Shown piece after piece: positions 38,111 through 49,737 of a DNA stretch of 64,000 nt. A program made the translations under genes and the position numbers. Each line of letters opens with the position of its first letter. The first letter of the stretch is position 1. The DNA is taken from assembly GCA_025558095.1 (NCBI GenBank), contig JAIVFI010000017.1, forward strand, positions 124,001 to 188,000, given 5' to 3'. This stretch comes from Hyaloraphidium curvatum SAG 235-1 (Eukaryota > Fungi > Monoblepharomycota). A model generated the notes under the pieces. It made no database searches, was not told the origin of the DNA, and saw only the letters and a program-made list of their open reading frames with translations.

Positions 38111-41100
38111 ATGGGGCCGCGCAAGCGCGATCTCGAGGACGACATCGGCAGCTCGTCGGCGTCGGGGGGCTCCGACTCCGAGTCGGGCGGCGATGGCGGC
38201 TTCGGGCGCCGCGGCCGCGGCAAGCGGAAGCGCACGCGCGAGGAGCGCACAGAGGCCGCCATGCTCGGCATGTTTGCCGAATCATCGGAGGATGAGAAAC
38301 CTCGTGACAAGGTCCGGCCGGGAACGCGGCTGGCCGCGGGCCTGGCCTTTGTGCGCGGGAACGGGGCCGGGGCAGCCGAGGACAGCGACGGGGACGAAGA
38401 TGCCGGTCCCGAGGCGCACCCGGGCCTCGGCATGTTCGCCAAGCGGCAGGGCTGGGGTGTGGAAGGCAGCGAGTCTCCCGCTCCGCAGAGATCGGCCGAC
38501 GGTGACGGCATGGATGCCGAGGAAGTGCTGGAGGGAGGCTCGGACGGCGACCTTGGGGACGAAAACGGCCGTGAAGACACCCCGATGACGGGGGAGGACG
38601 AAGCGATGGACGTGGACGGCGGCGAAGACGCGGAAGATTTCGGTGGAGGGGAGGAGGAGGACGAAGACGCCCCGCGGATCGGCCTGGGCGGCTTCACCCG
38701 CTCGAAACAGGGCCTCGGCCTGGGCTGGCAGCAACAACCCGGGGCGCCGGCACCGCGCGGACGGAGAGGGCTGGGCAGCGGCAGCACGCCGACCCCGCCC
38801 CCGGAGCGCAAGACCATCGGTTCTTCCAAGGCCGGCCTGGGATCGGCCAAGCCCGAGGCCAAAGCCGCCAAGGGCAAGGCGAAGCAGGTCGACAAGAGCT
38901 TCGCCAAGTTCGAGAAGCACACCAAGGGCTTCGCTTCGCGGATGCTGGAGAAGATGGGTTGGACGCCCGGGCAGGGCTTGGGCAAGGAGGGCGCCGGCAT
39001 AGTGCAGCCCATTGACGTCCAGGTCCGCCCGAAGAATCAGGGCCTTGCCTACAACAACTTCAAGGAGCAGACCAAGGCCGTGCGCGAGATTGAGAAGGAG
39101 GTCAAGGAGCGGCACGGCATCAAGTACGACATCGAGTCCTCGGAGGAGGAGGAAGCCGGGGCCGGAAAGCGCAGGAAGCCGAAAAAGGCGGAAAAGGTGC
39201 AGGCATGGAAGGCGGGCCCGGGGAAGCGCAAGGTCGTCTACAAGACGGCGCAGGAGCTGCTAGCGGAGCAGGAGGACCTGGATGCCGAGGCGCTCCCGGC
39301 CGAGAGCGCGGCCCGCCCGGCGGGCCCGACGAAGATCATCGACATGACCTCGGCCGGCGGCCCGCGCGAGCTGGAGGCGGGCCAGCTCAAGTCGGTCTCG
39401 GCCGCCATGACGGAATCGCTCATGGACGATACGCGGAGCCTGCCCGAGCTCCGTCACAACATCCGCCTCCTGGCCGACCTTTGCCAGGACGACCTGCTGA
39501 GACTGCAGAAACAGAAGCGGATGGAGGACGCCAAGATTGAGCGGGCACGGCGGGAGCAGGCGTCCGTGCGGCAGCAGCTCGAGGCGGCGGAGCGCGCGGC
39601 GGGCAGGATGGCGCGCGTCGGGGAGGTGGCGAGGGAGTTCAACGAGCGGGCGGCCGAGGTCGCCGGGATGCATGACCCGGTCGAGGCCATGGACGCCTAT
39701 TCGGATCTGTTTGCGAGGATGGAGCGGGACATGGCGGAGGAATTGGCGGAGTTCAGGCTGGACGAGCTGTGCATCGCGGCCATTGTGCCGTGGTGCCAGA
39801 AGCTGTACTCTTCCTGGCACCCGCTCGAGGATCCCGAGCGCGGCGTGGCCTTTTTCCGGCGGTGGAGGCGGCTGCTAATGGTGGACCCCGCGCTCGGCCA
39901 GCCCTCGCTTGGCCCACAGGGCCCGAAGCGGGGCGCGGGAGCCATCCGGCAGATGACGCCGTATGAGTCCCTGCTCTCGCTCGTGTGGCTGCCGCGAGTG
40001 CGGCAAGTCATCAGCAACGAGTGGGACCCGCGCTCGCCGGACGAGCTCATTGCCATGCTCGAGGTATGGTATGGGAGCACCTCGGACAAAGCGCGCCTGC
40101 TGCCGCAGTGGATGTTCCTCAACATCTTGGACCAGCTCGTGACGCCCAAGCTGGAGCGGACGTTGTCCCACTGGAACCCCCGGCGGGACGGGCAGCAGGT
40201 CCACACATGGATCCATCCCTGGCTCCCGGTCTTTGGCGACGCGCGGATGCAGCCGCTCCTCGACACCGTCCGTCAGAAGATGTCGGTGGTGCTGCAGGAC
40301 TGGAAGCCCAGCGAGGACACCGCGCTCAAGATGCTGGAACCGTGGCAGGAGGTGTTCCCGACGGCGGACATGGAGGCGCTCGTGACCCGCATCATCCTGC
40401 CGAAGCTGCTGCTCGCGCTGCGGCACGAGCTGGTCGTCAACCCGGCAAAGCAGGACACCAAGCCCATCAAATGGGTCCTGCAGTGGAAGGACTTCCTCGG
40501 GCCCAACGTCGTCGCCCACGCTCTGCAGACCGAGTTCTTCCCCAAGTGGCTCTGGACCCTGTGGCAGTGGCTTTCCCATCCTTCTTGCAACCCCGCCGAG
40601 GTCACGCAGTGGTACACGGTCTGGAAGAGCCCCGCCACATCGTCCGGCTCGGCCGCGGGCGTCTTCCCCGCCGACGTGCTAAAGCACCCTGCGGTTGCGG
40701 CCGGCTTCAGGCAGGGTCTGGACCTCATGAACCGCGCGATGGAGCTGCGCGACGCCGGCGTGGACCTCACCAAGATCCCGCCGCCTGTTCCTCCCCCGGC
40801 AACCAGCACCTCGGCGCCGCCGCCGCCGCCGAAGTTCGCCAAGAATGCCGGTTCCGTCACCGGCGGATCGCGTCGCTCCGCTTCGCCCATGCCCGGGGAG
40901 GATCCTCACGGCTTCGCCCCCGCAAAGGCGACGCCCAAGCCTGCCGCGCCGCGCTTCCAGGCCTCGATCCACGACGTCATCGAGGACTTCTTCGCGTCGC
41001 AGGACATGACATTCCTGCCCGTCGAGGGCCGCGTGCACGAGGCTACCGGCAAACCGCTGTGGCGGGTGGGCAGGCCGGGCGGGCGGAAGGGGGCGGGGGC

Positions 41101-41206
41101 GTCGGTGCTGGCGTACCTCGACGACGGCGTTCTGTATGCCAGGAACGGGGACAAGTGGGAGCCGACGGCAATGGAGGCGCTGGCGGAGAAAGTGATGGCC
41201 ATGTAG
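38111..41206 (+). CDS. TFIP11: tuftelin-interacting protein 11 / Ntr1 spliceosome disassembly factor
   Basis: TIP_N (EAAMLGMFAE), G-patch (KGFASRMLEKMGWTPGQGLGKEGAGIVQPI), PELRHNIRLL, GCFC domain (HTWIHPWLP, FFPKW); single exon. Confidence 0.95.
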   Translation: MGPRKRDLEDDIGSSSASGGSDSESGGDGGFGRRGRGKRKRTREERTEAAMLGMFAESSEDEKPRDKVRPGTRLAAGLAFVRGNGAGAAEDSDGDEDAGPEAHPGLGMFAKRQGWGVEGSESPAPQRSADGDGMDAEEVLEGGSDGDLGDENGREDTPMTGEDEAMDVDGGEDAEDFGGGEEEDEDAPRIGLGGFTRSKQGLGLGWQQQPGAPAPRGRRGLGSGSTPTPPPERKTIGSSKAGLGSAKPEAKAAKGKAKQVDKSFAKFEKHTKGFASRMLEKMGWTPGQGLGKEGAGIVQPIDVQVRPKNQGLAYNNFKEQTKAVREIEKEVKERHGIKYDIESSEEEEAGAGKRRKPKKAEKVQAWKAGPGKRKVVYKTAQELLAEQEDLDAEALPAESAARPAGPTKIIDMTSAGGPRELEAGQLKSVSAAMTESLMDDTRSLPELRHNIRLLADLCQDDLLRLQKQKRMEDAKIERARREQASVRQQLEAAERAAGRMARVGEVAREFNERAAEVAGMHDPVEAMDAYSDLFARMERDMAEELAEFRLDELCIAAIVPWCQKLYSSWHPLEDPERGVAFFRRWRRLLMVDPALGQPSLGPQGPKRGAGAIRQMTPYESLLSLVWLPRVRQVISNEWDPRSPDELIAMLEVWYGSTSDKARLLPQWMFLNILDQLVTPKLERTLSHWNPRRDGQQVHTWIHPWLPVFGDARMQPLLDTVRQKMSVVLQDWKPSEDTALKMLEPWQEVFPTADMEALVTRIILPKLLLALRHELVVNPAKQDTKPIKWVLQWKDFLGPNVVAHALQTEFFPKWLWTLWQWLSHPSCNPAEVTQWYTVWKSPATSSGSAAGVFPADVLKHPAVAAGFRQGLDLMNRAMELRDAGVDLTKIPPPVPPPATSTSAPPPPPKFAKNAGSVTGGSRRSASPMPGEDPHGFAPAKATPKPAAPRFQASIHDVIEDFFASQDMTFLPVEGRVHEATGKPLWRVGRPGGRKGAGASVLAYLDDGVLYARNGDKWEPTAMEALAEKVMAM

Positions 41207-41502
41207 CGCGGTGATTCGGGTCACTTTCAAAGATTCTTGATGGACGTGATCGAAAGTGGCGCTTGCTCAGCCACGGACGTCGAGTGGTCCTTTGTGACTC
41301 ACCAACGCTCAACTCAACTACTACTAGCTCGTGGTGAGCAGGCCACCGAGATGACTGTGCTATTTGTCATCGTCTTTAATGCTCGCGTCCCGCCGTTCCT
41401 GGCCACCTTCTCCGCGCTTTGCGGCGCCGCCGCGTCCTCGGGACCCAAACTCCGTCGCCGCCGCGGACGCGTTCCAGCACTCGAAAACACCCATCCGACA
41501 CC

Positions 41503-43199
41503 ATGTCCGCCGCAGCTCAGTCTGCCAAGAAGCAGGTCGCGCCTGTGCCACCGCAGGAGCAGGCCGTGGCCAAGCAGCTCGTCGACATCAGGCACCGTTT
41601 GAACGAGCTCAAACGTAGCCACTCCTACGTCATGAAGGACGTGGAGAACGCCTCGCAGGAGGTCGGCGAGGCTCTCAGCACCCTGCGGGAGATCCGGGAG
41701 AGCTCGTTTGCCGATTCAGGCCTTGAAAGAAATTCGCTGGACGATGGTGAGTCCGGACACCTTCCACTGCTCGTCTCCGGCACTCGCCCCGACGGAGTAC
41801 CAACTCCCATCTCAGTCCTCGACGACATCTGGCTCGTTCTGTTCCAGCTCTGGGCGGGCTGCGCCACCGTGGACAAGGCCATCTACCCGTTCTTCACCCA
41901 ACTGGTTGGAATCAAGAGGCAGCTCGGCGCGATGAGGAGCTCGGGAGCCTTCTTGGTCGAGGATGTCACCGCCCTTCAGGAGCAAATGACGAAAATCGAA
42001 GGTGATTGCCGGCCGTAGGTCAAATCATTGGGGATCAGCTCATCGCTTCTCCCATCTACACTTCAGAGCAGCACGTCGTGGACGGCAAGTTCTTCGAAAG
42101 CAAGAAGAAGGCGCAGCAGGATCCCGGCAACCCTGCTCCCGGACAGGCCGTCCTTTTCACCCTGCTGAACCAGAACCGTGGGTGATCGCGACCGATGATT
42201 GATCGGTTGCTAGACATGACGTGTCGCTCGTGATCCAGGCCGTACCGCCCACCTCCTGCTCGAAGAATCAGAGAATCTCGATTCCGCCTTGGAGCCTGTC
42301 CTTGCCGAACTGGTCGCGGTCTCGAAGGAGGCTCAGAGGCTCAAGGCCCGGGGCAGCTACAGCGCCGTCGACGTCGAAACTCTGAAACAGCGCGTTGATC
42401 TCGTGGACTCCAAGAGGGTCAACGGGGTCTTTGTCGTCGAAGGGGAAGCCGGCATCGCCGGAGGTCAGGCTCGCCTGGTCGGGATCCTCGAGGGGTGCGT
42501 ACGAGTGTTCTTGATCGCTGTGGAAGGATCGAGTATTCATCGATCTCCCGCAGTGTCCAGGACACTCTGACGGATATGCTGGCCACCAAGGAGGAAGTTT
42601 CCGGCCCGCTGCGCCCGCTCTTCGAGGAGTTGATGGAGATTTCTGACAAGCTGGAGGAGCTGTACACCACCAAGCGCTGGACCGTCACGTCTGGTGATCT
42701 CGTAACCTACCGTGAGCGCCTCAACACCATCGACACCATGCGCAGCCCCGACGGCGCATTCAAGGCCGAGGACGGCACAATCCCTCCCGGCCAGGCCGCC
42801 GTCAATACTCTTCTGGCCCAGTGCTATCACATCCAGCAGAAGCTGCTGGAACCCACGGAAGGCCTCGATATCTCGCTTGAGCCCGTCTACGCCGAGCTCG
42901 GGCACTGCCGCCTGGCGCTTCTCGCACTCAGGAGGAAGGGAAGGGACGGAAAGCACATTGGGGCGATGGAACTTGTGGACATTCAGGAAAAGCTGCGCGC
43001 CATCAACCAGGTCGAAGGCGGAAAGATCGTGCCGGCCGACTGGAAGACGGGCGACCCTGTTCCGGAGGGCCAGGTGGGTTCACTGAATCATTGGGGTTAG
43101 GGTTAGGTCTGACCGACAAGATGCCAGGCCGTTCTGTCTGCACTACTGAACGAATGCTATGCGCTCGTGGATCTCGTCCGGCCGTACGCCAAGGGGTAG
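41503..43199 (+). CDS. DUF2408 / UPF0662 (YPL260W-like) protein (multi-exon)
   Basis: PVPPQEQAVAKQLVDIRHRL and repeated L..ID..R.DG.F....P.GQA.L..LL..CY units. Confidence 0.8.
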
Positions 43200-43247
43200 T
43201 AGAAAATCGCACGGATCTGCTTGAAAAACGAACTCTCTTTCTTGATT

Positions 43248-44500
43248 CTACATGTTTAGTGGAACCCTCCATTCTCGAATCTTGGCTAGCGCGAGCTCCA
43301 CACGAAAGTGCGGTGAAACGTGGCCGTCCCGTCCAACAAAGTCCGCCGTGTTGGCAACGAGCGCGTTGATGATGCTCTCTTCAACGCACTGCACGACAGC
43401 CTCGTAAAGCGGATTCATCTTGTCCCAGGGGACGAACTTGAGCTCCTGAAGCTTACCCTCATCGGGATCGCCGGTCGAGAAGCCGCTTGACAGAGCGCCT
43501 TTCGACTGAATTGCGGTGGAGAAGGCCAGGAAGATGTCGCCCTTGAACCGAGAATGAGGCTCGTGGGCGGCAGCGACGCCGTTTCTGCACTCACCGAAAA
43601 ATGGCTGCCGGTGGTTCCCGTCCGCGCGAGGCCCAACGGGACGCGCCGGGCCAGCGCCTCGCACTGGCCGGGCAGCAGCGGAGCATCCGTCGCAATGATC
43701 GCGATTACGCTTCCCGAGCCTCCTGGCACCTTGGCGCCGGCGGCGTTGCTAGCCAACGCGCGCTTAAGATCCCTTTCGTGCCAATCCCCGTCCTCCAGAG
43801 GGTTGGGGACCTCCGTCATCAACTGGCCAAGGGGGACTCCTTGGAGGGTAAGCTCCCCTCGGCGCCCGAAATTACACTGAAGGAAACTTGAAACGGTATA
43901 CGTCTGGCCGCTCAGCGCGACCACCCGGCTCGCGGTCCCGTTTCCGCCCTTGAAGCCGTAGCAGTTCATCCCGAATCCTCCACCGGCGGATCCTTCCTGC
44001 ACGTTGGCATTCGGAACGGAACTTTCGATTGCTTCCATGGCATCTTGCGGAGTGACGTGCCCTCCAGATCCGGTAGCCGTGTCGTTCAGGTACCCATCCC
44101 ACGTCTCTGCAACAACGGGAAGAAGCCATGAGGTTCCTCTGTGGTGCTTCGCGTGATAATCGATGACCCCTTGATGGCACGGTCCGATCGCATGGGTATT
44201 CGATATTAGAACCGGTCCGGCAAGCGATCCAGTCTCCCTGATCCAGTGCGTGCCCGTCATTTCTCCGTTGCCGTTGAAGCTGCTGAAGCCTGCGGCGCAA
44301 GGACGACTGAACTCTTCGCCCTTCCCGCGTGGAAGGATCGCGGTGACGCCGGTCCGAACTGGCCCCTGGCCCACAACCAGCTCTCCATCTCCCCTGCAGA
44401 TGCTGACCATTCCGACCTCGAGCCCGCCGATATCGGCGATCGAGTTGAGCGGGCCGGGCGTTCCCGCGAAGACAAAAAAATCGCGCGCTCGCGGAGCCAT
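43248..44500 (-). CDS. dmpA: DmpA / peptidase family S58 (L-aminopeptidase/D-esterase), one intron
   Basis: GPLNSIADI.G.EVG, PVRTGVTAILPRG, FNGNGEMTG, PVVAETWDGYLND, autocleavage GS.IIATDAPL, GLARTG, SGDIFLAFST. Confidence 0.93.
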
Positions 44501-44672
44501 CGTTCAGGCGAATCGACGAAGCACCGATCCGAAGGGACACGGTCGGCGTCGAGCACCTCCGGCGGAACGCGCGAACTGCGCGTGTTTGGGAGGCAGTGGT
44601 GATCGGGAGTGTCGGACTCCGTGGGAGGAATATGCCCGCAATTCTCACTTCACAAGAGATGAGCACCATAAG

Positions 44673-46465
44673 CTACTTATTGTCCTCTTTCTGCTGCTTC
44701 TTCGGCTCGATGCGGGCGAAGTTCGCGGGATTCCGCGTGATGTCCGTCGAGACGCGTGCGAAGCGCCTGGCTTCCAAGTTCCCGCCTTCGGACGACGGGA
44801 AAGCACCGTATGTCATTGAGGACGTCGCGAGCGAGCCATATCGCTCCTTGAGTGGTGCTGTGAGCCTTCGGAGATGCTTAAGCAGCTCCTCTGCGGCAAT
44901 GAACCGATGTCTGAGTACGGAGCCGATGCGAACGAAGAAAGAATGGCCAGCACCCACCGTCCACTGCTCCATCGGCAGTCGTGACTTTGTCCGTGGGCTT
45001 TTGAAACACTGTGAGCACTGCAGGTCTTCCGTGAGATCCGTGTCCTGGTTCCTCGCCGCCCGAACGGTCCCAACCCTTTTCGAGGTCGTGAGGGTGTCTG
45101 TAATCCTTGTATACGCGAGTCCTCTTCTCGAACTTAGCAGTGACTTCGGCGAGGACCAAGTCCTTGGCGAACGACTTGCTCTGCTTTGCATCGTCGACGG
45201 CGGCGGAGTTGGAAGCGTCTCCGTCCTTTGCCTCGTCCCCTCGAGCCATGGTTTCAAGGCGCTTTAGGCGCGCTCCAAAGGACTCTGGAGCCAGGCGACG
45301 ATGGCTTGTCGCAGACGGGGATGGTTTGGCAAGAGAGGTGTTGGATTTCGCTGAGTTGTGCAGTGCTCAGGCACTTGCAAGGGACAGCACAGATTTCTAA
45401 GCGCGCCCGGGTTTCTTTCTGAGACTTCATAATCTGTTGAGCCAAAAAACCGCTGCCCAAGCACGTCGGGCAAAAGTCTCCCGAATTGAATTCCCGGGAA
45501 GTAAAGTGCGGCACTGAATAGTATGGAATGCGATCAAGGTGGCATTGTCAAACATATAGGCAACCTTTGGAAGGCACTGCTCTCTGCTGGGGATCAGTTT
45601 GCATGTGGGAATGTATCAGAACCTGCGCAATGTGAAGTACGTGCCATAGCATACGGTGGCATGGCTCTGATTCAGTCGGTTCAACTCAATCAAGCTTGAT
45701 TCAAGCATGCTGCTTCATGCGTGCTCCTGTTGTTGAGGAACTTCAAATGCTGCACTGTCCAGCTTCATTTCCCCTTGCCGCGAACCGAGTGCCAGAACGG
45801 ATCAGTTGGAGCAGGCCGACCTGCGGGGGGAGCGGGAGCACCGTGCATGAGCCGGAGAACGAGCCACCGGACAGCTTCCCCGACAGCGACCCACGCAGAT
45901 GATCCGCGTCCGTTCTCTGCTCCCTTCTTTTCCTCAGCTGTGACGACCCGGAGCTTGGAAACGTCGTACTTGCCGTCCCTGACGTCCGAGGCGGTCAGCC
46001 TCCACGGTCGACGCGAACAGCGGTACGGCATACCTGTAAGAGCATGCCCCGGGCCTGGACGGCTGCAGGTAGAGGGGGTTGGGTGCCGCAGGGAAAAGCT
46101 CGTCCGCGATGGCGCAGTGGGGATGTAGGCGGCCTCTGAGGGGATGGCGACGGCGAAGATGCCGCCGGCGGGCGTCGAGAAGGTCCAGGAAACTTTCTCG
46201 AGCTCCGGCGGCCCGTCCCCGCCCGCCGCCTCGGTCTGCGGCCCGTCCAGCTCGCAGTCCTCCGACACAGGCACCCCCCCCGCTCGTGTTCGCGCCCTTC
46301 GACCGGTCCTCGCCGTCATCCAATCCACGTCCTGGCGGCTCCTCGGCGTCCCTGCGCGCGCGTTGGGTGCGGCCCATCCTTGTCCGCCGCCTCGGTCTCC
46401 ACCGCCCAGCCGCCCGCCCAAACCCGCTCAGCCGCGCCCGCGCCGTCCAACTTGCCGTCCTCCAT
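44673..46465 (-). CDS. hypothetical multi-exon protein (structure uncertain)
   Basis: Chain of minus-strand open frames separated by GT-AG-like breaks; no recognised family. Confidence 0.35.
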
Positions 46466-46813
46466 CGTGCCTGCGCCGCCCCGCCCGCGCAGCGCAATGG
46501 AGCGCGTCCTCCGAGCCACGTCGGGGGTCTGCGTGCCTCGGACGCGGTCGGTCTGTGGGGGCTGCCCCTCGGGGTTTTGGGCGTGCGCACCGCCCCCCTC
46601 CGCACGCCCGCAACGCTCCCCGGCCATCACAACGGGCAGTGGGTATTTTTGAAATCTGACACCACTTTTGGCGTGGAATAGACCCCCTGCGGTCACGTTC
46701 CCGGGTCGTCCGGGCCCGTACGATGCGTTGCGGCCGAGAAATGGGCGATGTCCGAAACCCCGAGCTAGCACAGCTAGCACTGCAAAACTCCGCTCTGATC
46801 GCTAATCACGCGG

Positions 46814-49001
46814 TCAGAGCTCCTCCTCGTCGTCCATGCCGTCCGAATCCTCGTCATCATCTTCGTCCGCCATCCGCCTCTCCATCTTCGCCAGGCCATC
46901 CTTCGCCATTTGCGAGTCCGGGTTGATTTTCAGCGCCACGTTGTAGTGTTTGAAGGCGCCTGGATAATCATGTTGCGCGACAAGGACCTCGGCAAACTTG
47001 GCGTGGAAAACATCGGTGTTGTGGAACTTGAGATGAGGTTCCATTCTGGGGAACAGCAGGCGCGGGCTGTCAACCACTGGCCACAATGTCGGGCAACGGT
47101 ACCCACAGCGCCTTTGCCTCATCCGCGCAGCCTTCTACGAGAAGGAGGCCCGCGTACGAAATGATGGCCTCGACGCACTTGGGATCGATTTGCAAGGCGG
47201 CTTGGAATTGCTGGCGTGCCTGAAGGGAACCGATGTGTTGAGCTGCAAGGACGGCATCGCATGGTCATCTTACCTTGTCGCGGAAGTCTTGCCCAGGATG
47301 ATGAGAAAGCACCACCCCGAGCAGCGTCTTTGCTCGAGGATGCCGCGGCATCATCGCCGCGGCTTCGCTCGTGATAGCCAGCGCCTCCTTGTAACGATCA
47401 AGGGCTAGGTACGACTCCATAAGTCCTTGCGGAACGCTATGAGCTCTGTGCGACAACGGAACGCAGGGAATCGCCACACCTTGGTAGACGGGAAGCTCCT
47501 TCGAGATGAAATACACCTCCCTGAACGACGTCACGGCGTCGTTCGGTCGCCCTTTCTGGAGGGCAAGGAAGCCTTCCACGAGACCCTGAGCCAAAGTCGG
47601 CCAGAAGTGCAAGACCTGCCCACCTTTCAGGCAATGTGCTTCGACGTTCCTTCGATCGAGTTGCAGAGCTTTGTCGACAAAGTATCCCGCCCGCTCCCGG
47701 TACTCCAAAGCCTTTTCCGGATCGTCCGCTTTCATCTCGCAGAAGCGCGCCATCGCCACCCAGGGCTCCGGTCGGAGCTCCGTGATCCGCATGAGCTCTT
47801 CCGCAAGTCGGTTCACCGCCATCGCCTTCCCCTGGCTCTTGACGAGCGCAGAGAAGCGGTCCATGCCGTCCAGCACGTTCGGATCCAGCTTCCGTATCTG
47901 CGTGTAGGAATAGAAGGCGCCGACCGTGTCCCCGTACTTGAACTGCGCGTCTGCCAGCTCCAACAGCACATTGACGGCATTCGGATGCCGGGCGGCCAGA
48001 GCGGTGAGGCTCTTGATCGAAGCTGATGGGCCCACATTTAGTTGCGTAAAGCGGGCATCGTAAGCGCGACCGACCTTCGAAGTTGAACTGCTCGGCCGCC
48101 AAACGAGCTTCCATGAGCGGGCCCAGCCAATCCCATTCCTTCAACGCCGGTCCTGTCGGGATCTCTGCCGCGGCGCCAGATCCCGGCTGCTTCTGGATCG
48201 CAAAATGCGCTTCGAGGGCAAAAGGTTCCTTGCTGGAAGGCAACAAAATGAGGGGGCCGTCACAGATTCCCGGAGGACCCGCCAGACCTGATGATCGCTC
48301 TGCAGCTTTCGATGACCGTGCTGTAGGAGAGAGTAAGGAACAAAAGCGAAGCTAGTCGGCTGAATAGGCGCACCGAGTATCGCCGAGCTCGTCCGCAACT
48401 CTTGCCAACATCGAGTTCTGGCGAATGCTCCTCTGCGCTTCCGGAATCTGTTCCAGCTGCGTCTTGGCGATGTAGAACTCCTTGGTCTTGATGCAGCACT
48501 TGGCGTACTTTTCGCGGAGCTCAATCTCCAGGGGCTCGGCCGTACGTTTGGCCTTGGAACCCCTCGACCCGGCTGTGGGCGTCCCAAGTGCCCGAGACTG
48601 GAGGTGCTGCAGCGCCAGAGCATACTTGGCCTGCGGAACAAGAGCACACGAAGCACCCCACGGTCAGAACCGGTCCGGCCCATTGGCCCCGGTCCCGCCC
48701 ACCGCGGCCCTCCGGTACTCCTTCTTCTTGCACAGACAGTCCCCCCATAGGCTCAGCACGTCGATTCCGAGCGCTCCATTGCGGTCCCGTTCCCTGTCCT
48801 TATGAGATTGGAGGTCCGAGTGGAGAAACGCGAGGAAATGCTCGGCCGAGGCGTAGAGCCCGTGGTCAAAGAGCGACCGCGCCTGCACCCGGGGAGCGCG
48901 TTGGCGGGGGAACGGCCGTCCGAAGCGACATTGGTCTGTAAAATGACCCAGAGAAGCGACAGGATAGGCTCTACCTTCGCGAGCGTCGCGTCCTGGACCA
49001 T
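46814..49001 (-). CDS. APC7: TPR protein, anaphase-promoting complex subunit 7 (multi-exon)
   Basis: WGDCLCKKKEYRRA, EIELREKYAKC, LEQIP, PFALEA, DGMDRFSAL, RPEPWVAMA, HYNVALKINP...AKDGLAKME, acidic tail. Confidence 0.85.
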
Positions 49002-49737
49002 CGTGTTGTTGCCAGCCTTCGTGGGACCACGGGACCCGACTTCAAGTCGACCGCACCAGCTGGACGGCGTGCCAACAATCGGTCAAGTAGCGAAAGGCTA
49101 TATTGCATGGTCCAGAGAACAAGAAGAGACCACTATAGGCTACTCCGCTGCGAACCGAATCGATCGATCTTGCAACCATCGCAGATTAGCATGCAAGTTG
49201 ACAACGACTACAGCACCCGGGTTGACGATGACTGACAGCTGGCTTGGATGCCGAAACAGCGCCTGGAATACTCGTCGACAATCTGCGCGCAATCGGAAGT
49301 GAAGTAAACAGCAGAGCATCCCAGATCTCGTTCCACGTTGACCATCGCATTTGAAGATTCTCGGGAAAAGAGCATGATCAATTCAAATGATTGTGGCGGA
49401 GGTCGAACCCATTCAGTGAAGATGATTTGGCCTCCGTTGATGAACGCTCCACTTTAAAATGCCTTTGAGCGAGCATCACGCTTGCCACTTCACACTCATT
49501 CCGTCGCAATGTCAATTTGAGCGCTTCATTTCAGAGTCCTCAACGAGCGATGCGCATTCGTTCCAACAAATGTTCTTTAGGGAAGCAAGGCGCATTTGAT
49601 CCGGTTCTCCTCAATGCAGATTCAAACGACCACGAGCTCTCCTTTGCAGAATCTCTTGAACTCATTTACCATTGCGAAGTGGCTTTCAGCAGATGCGTGC
49701 ACCAATTTCTGGTGTTCCATCTATCGAGTCATTCGGT

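Noticed and set aside
44673-45520. Cys pairs (CPTC, CKC) as a TnpB/Fanzor zinc finger
   Set aside because: No RuvC D-E-D motifs or matching spacing, and no element ends
49395-49477. Two hairpins with GATGA, TGATGA and GAGCGAG resembling U3 snoRNA boxes
   Set aside because: Box order wrong and no downstream box C/D; may be chance
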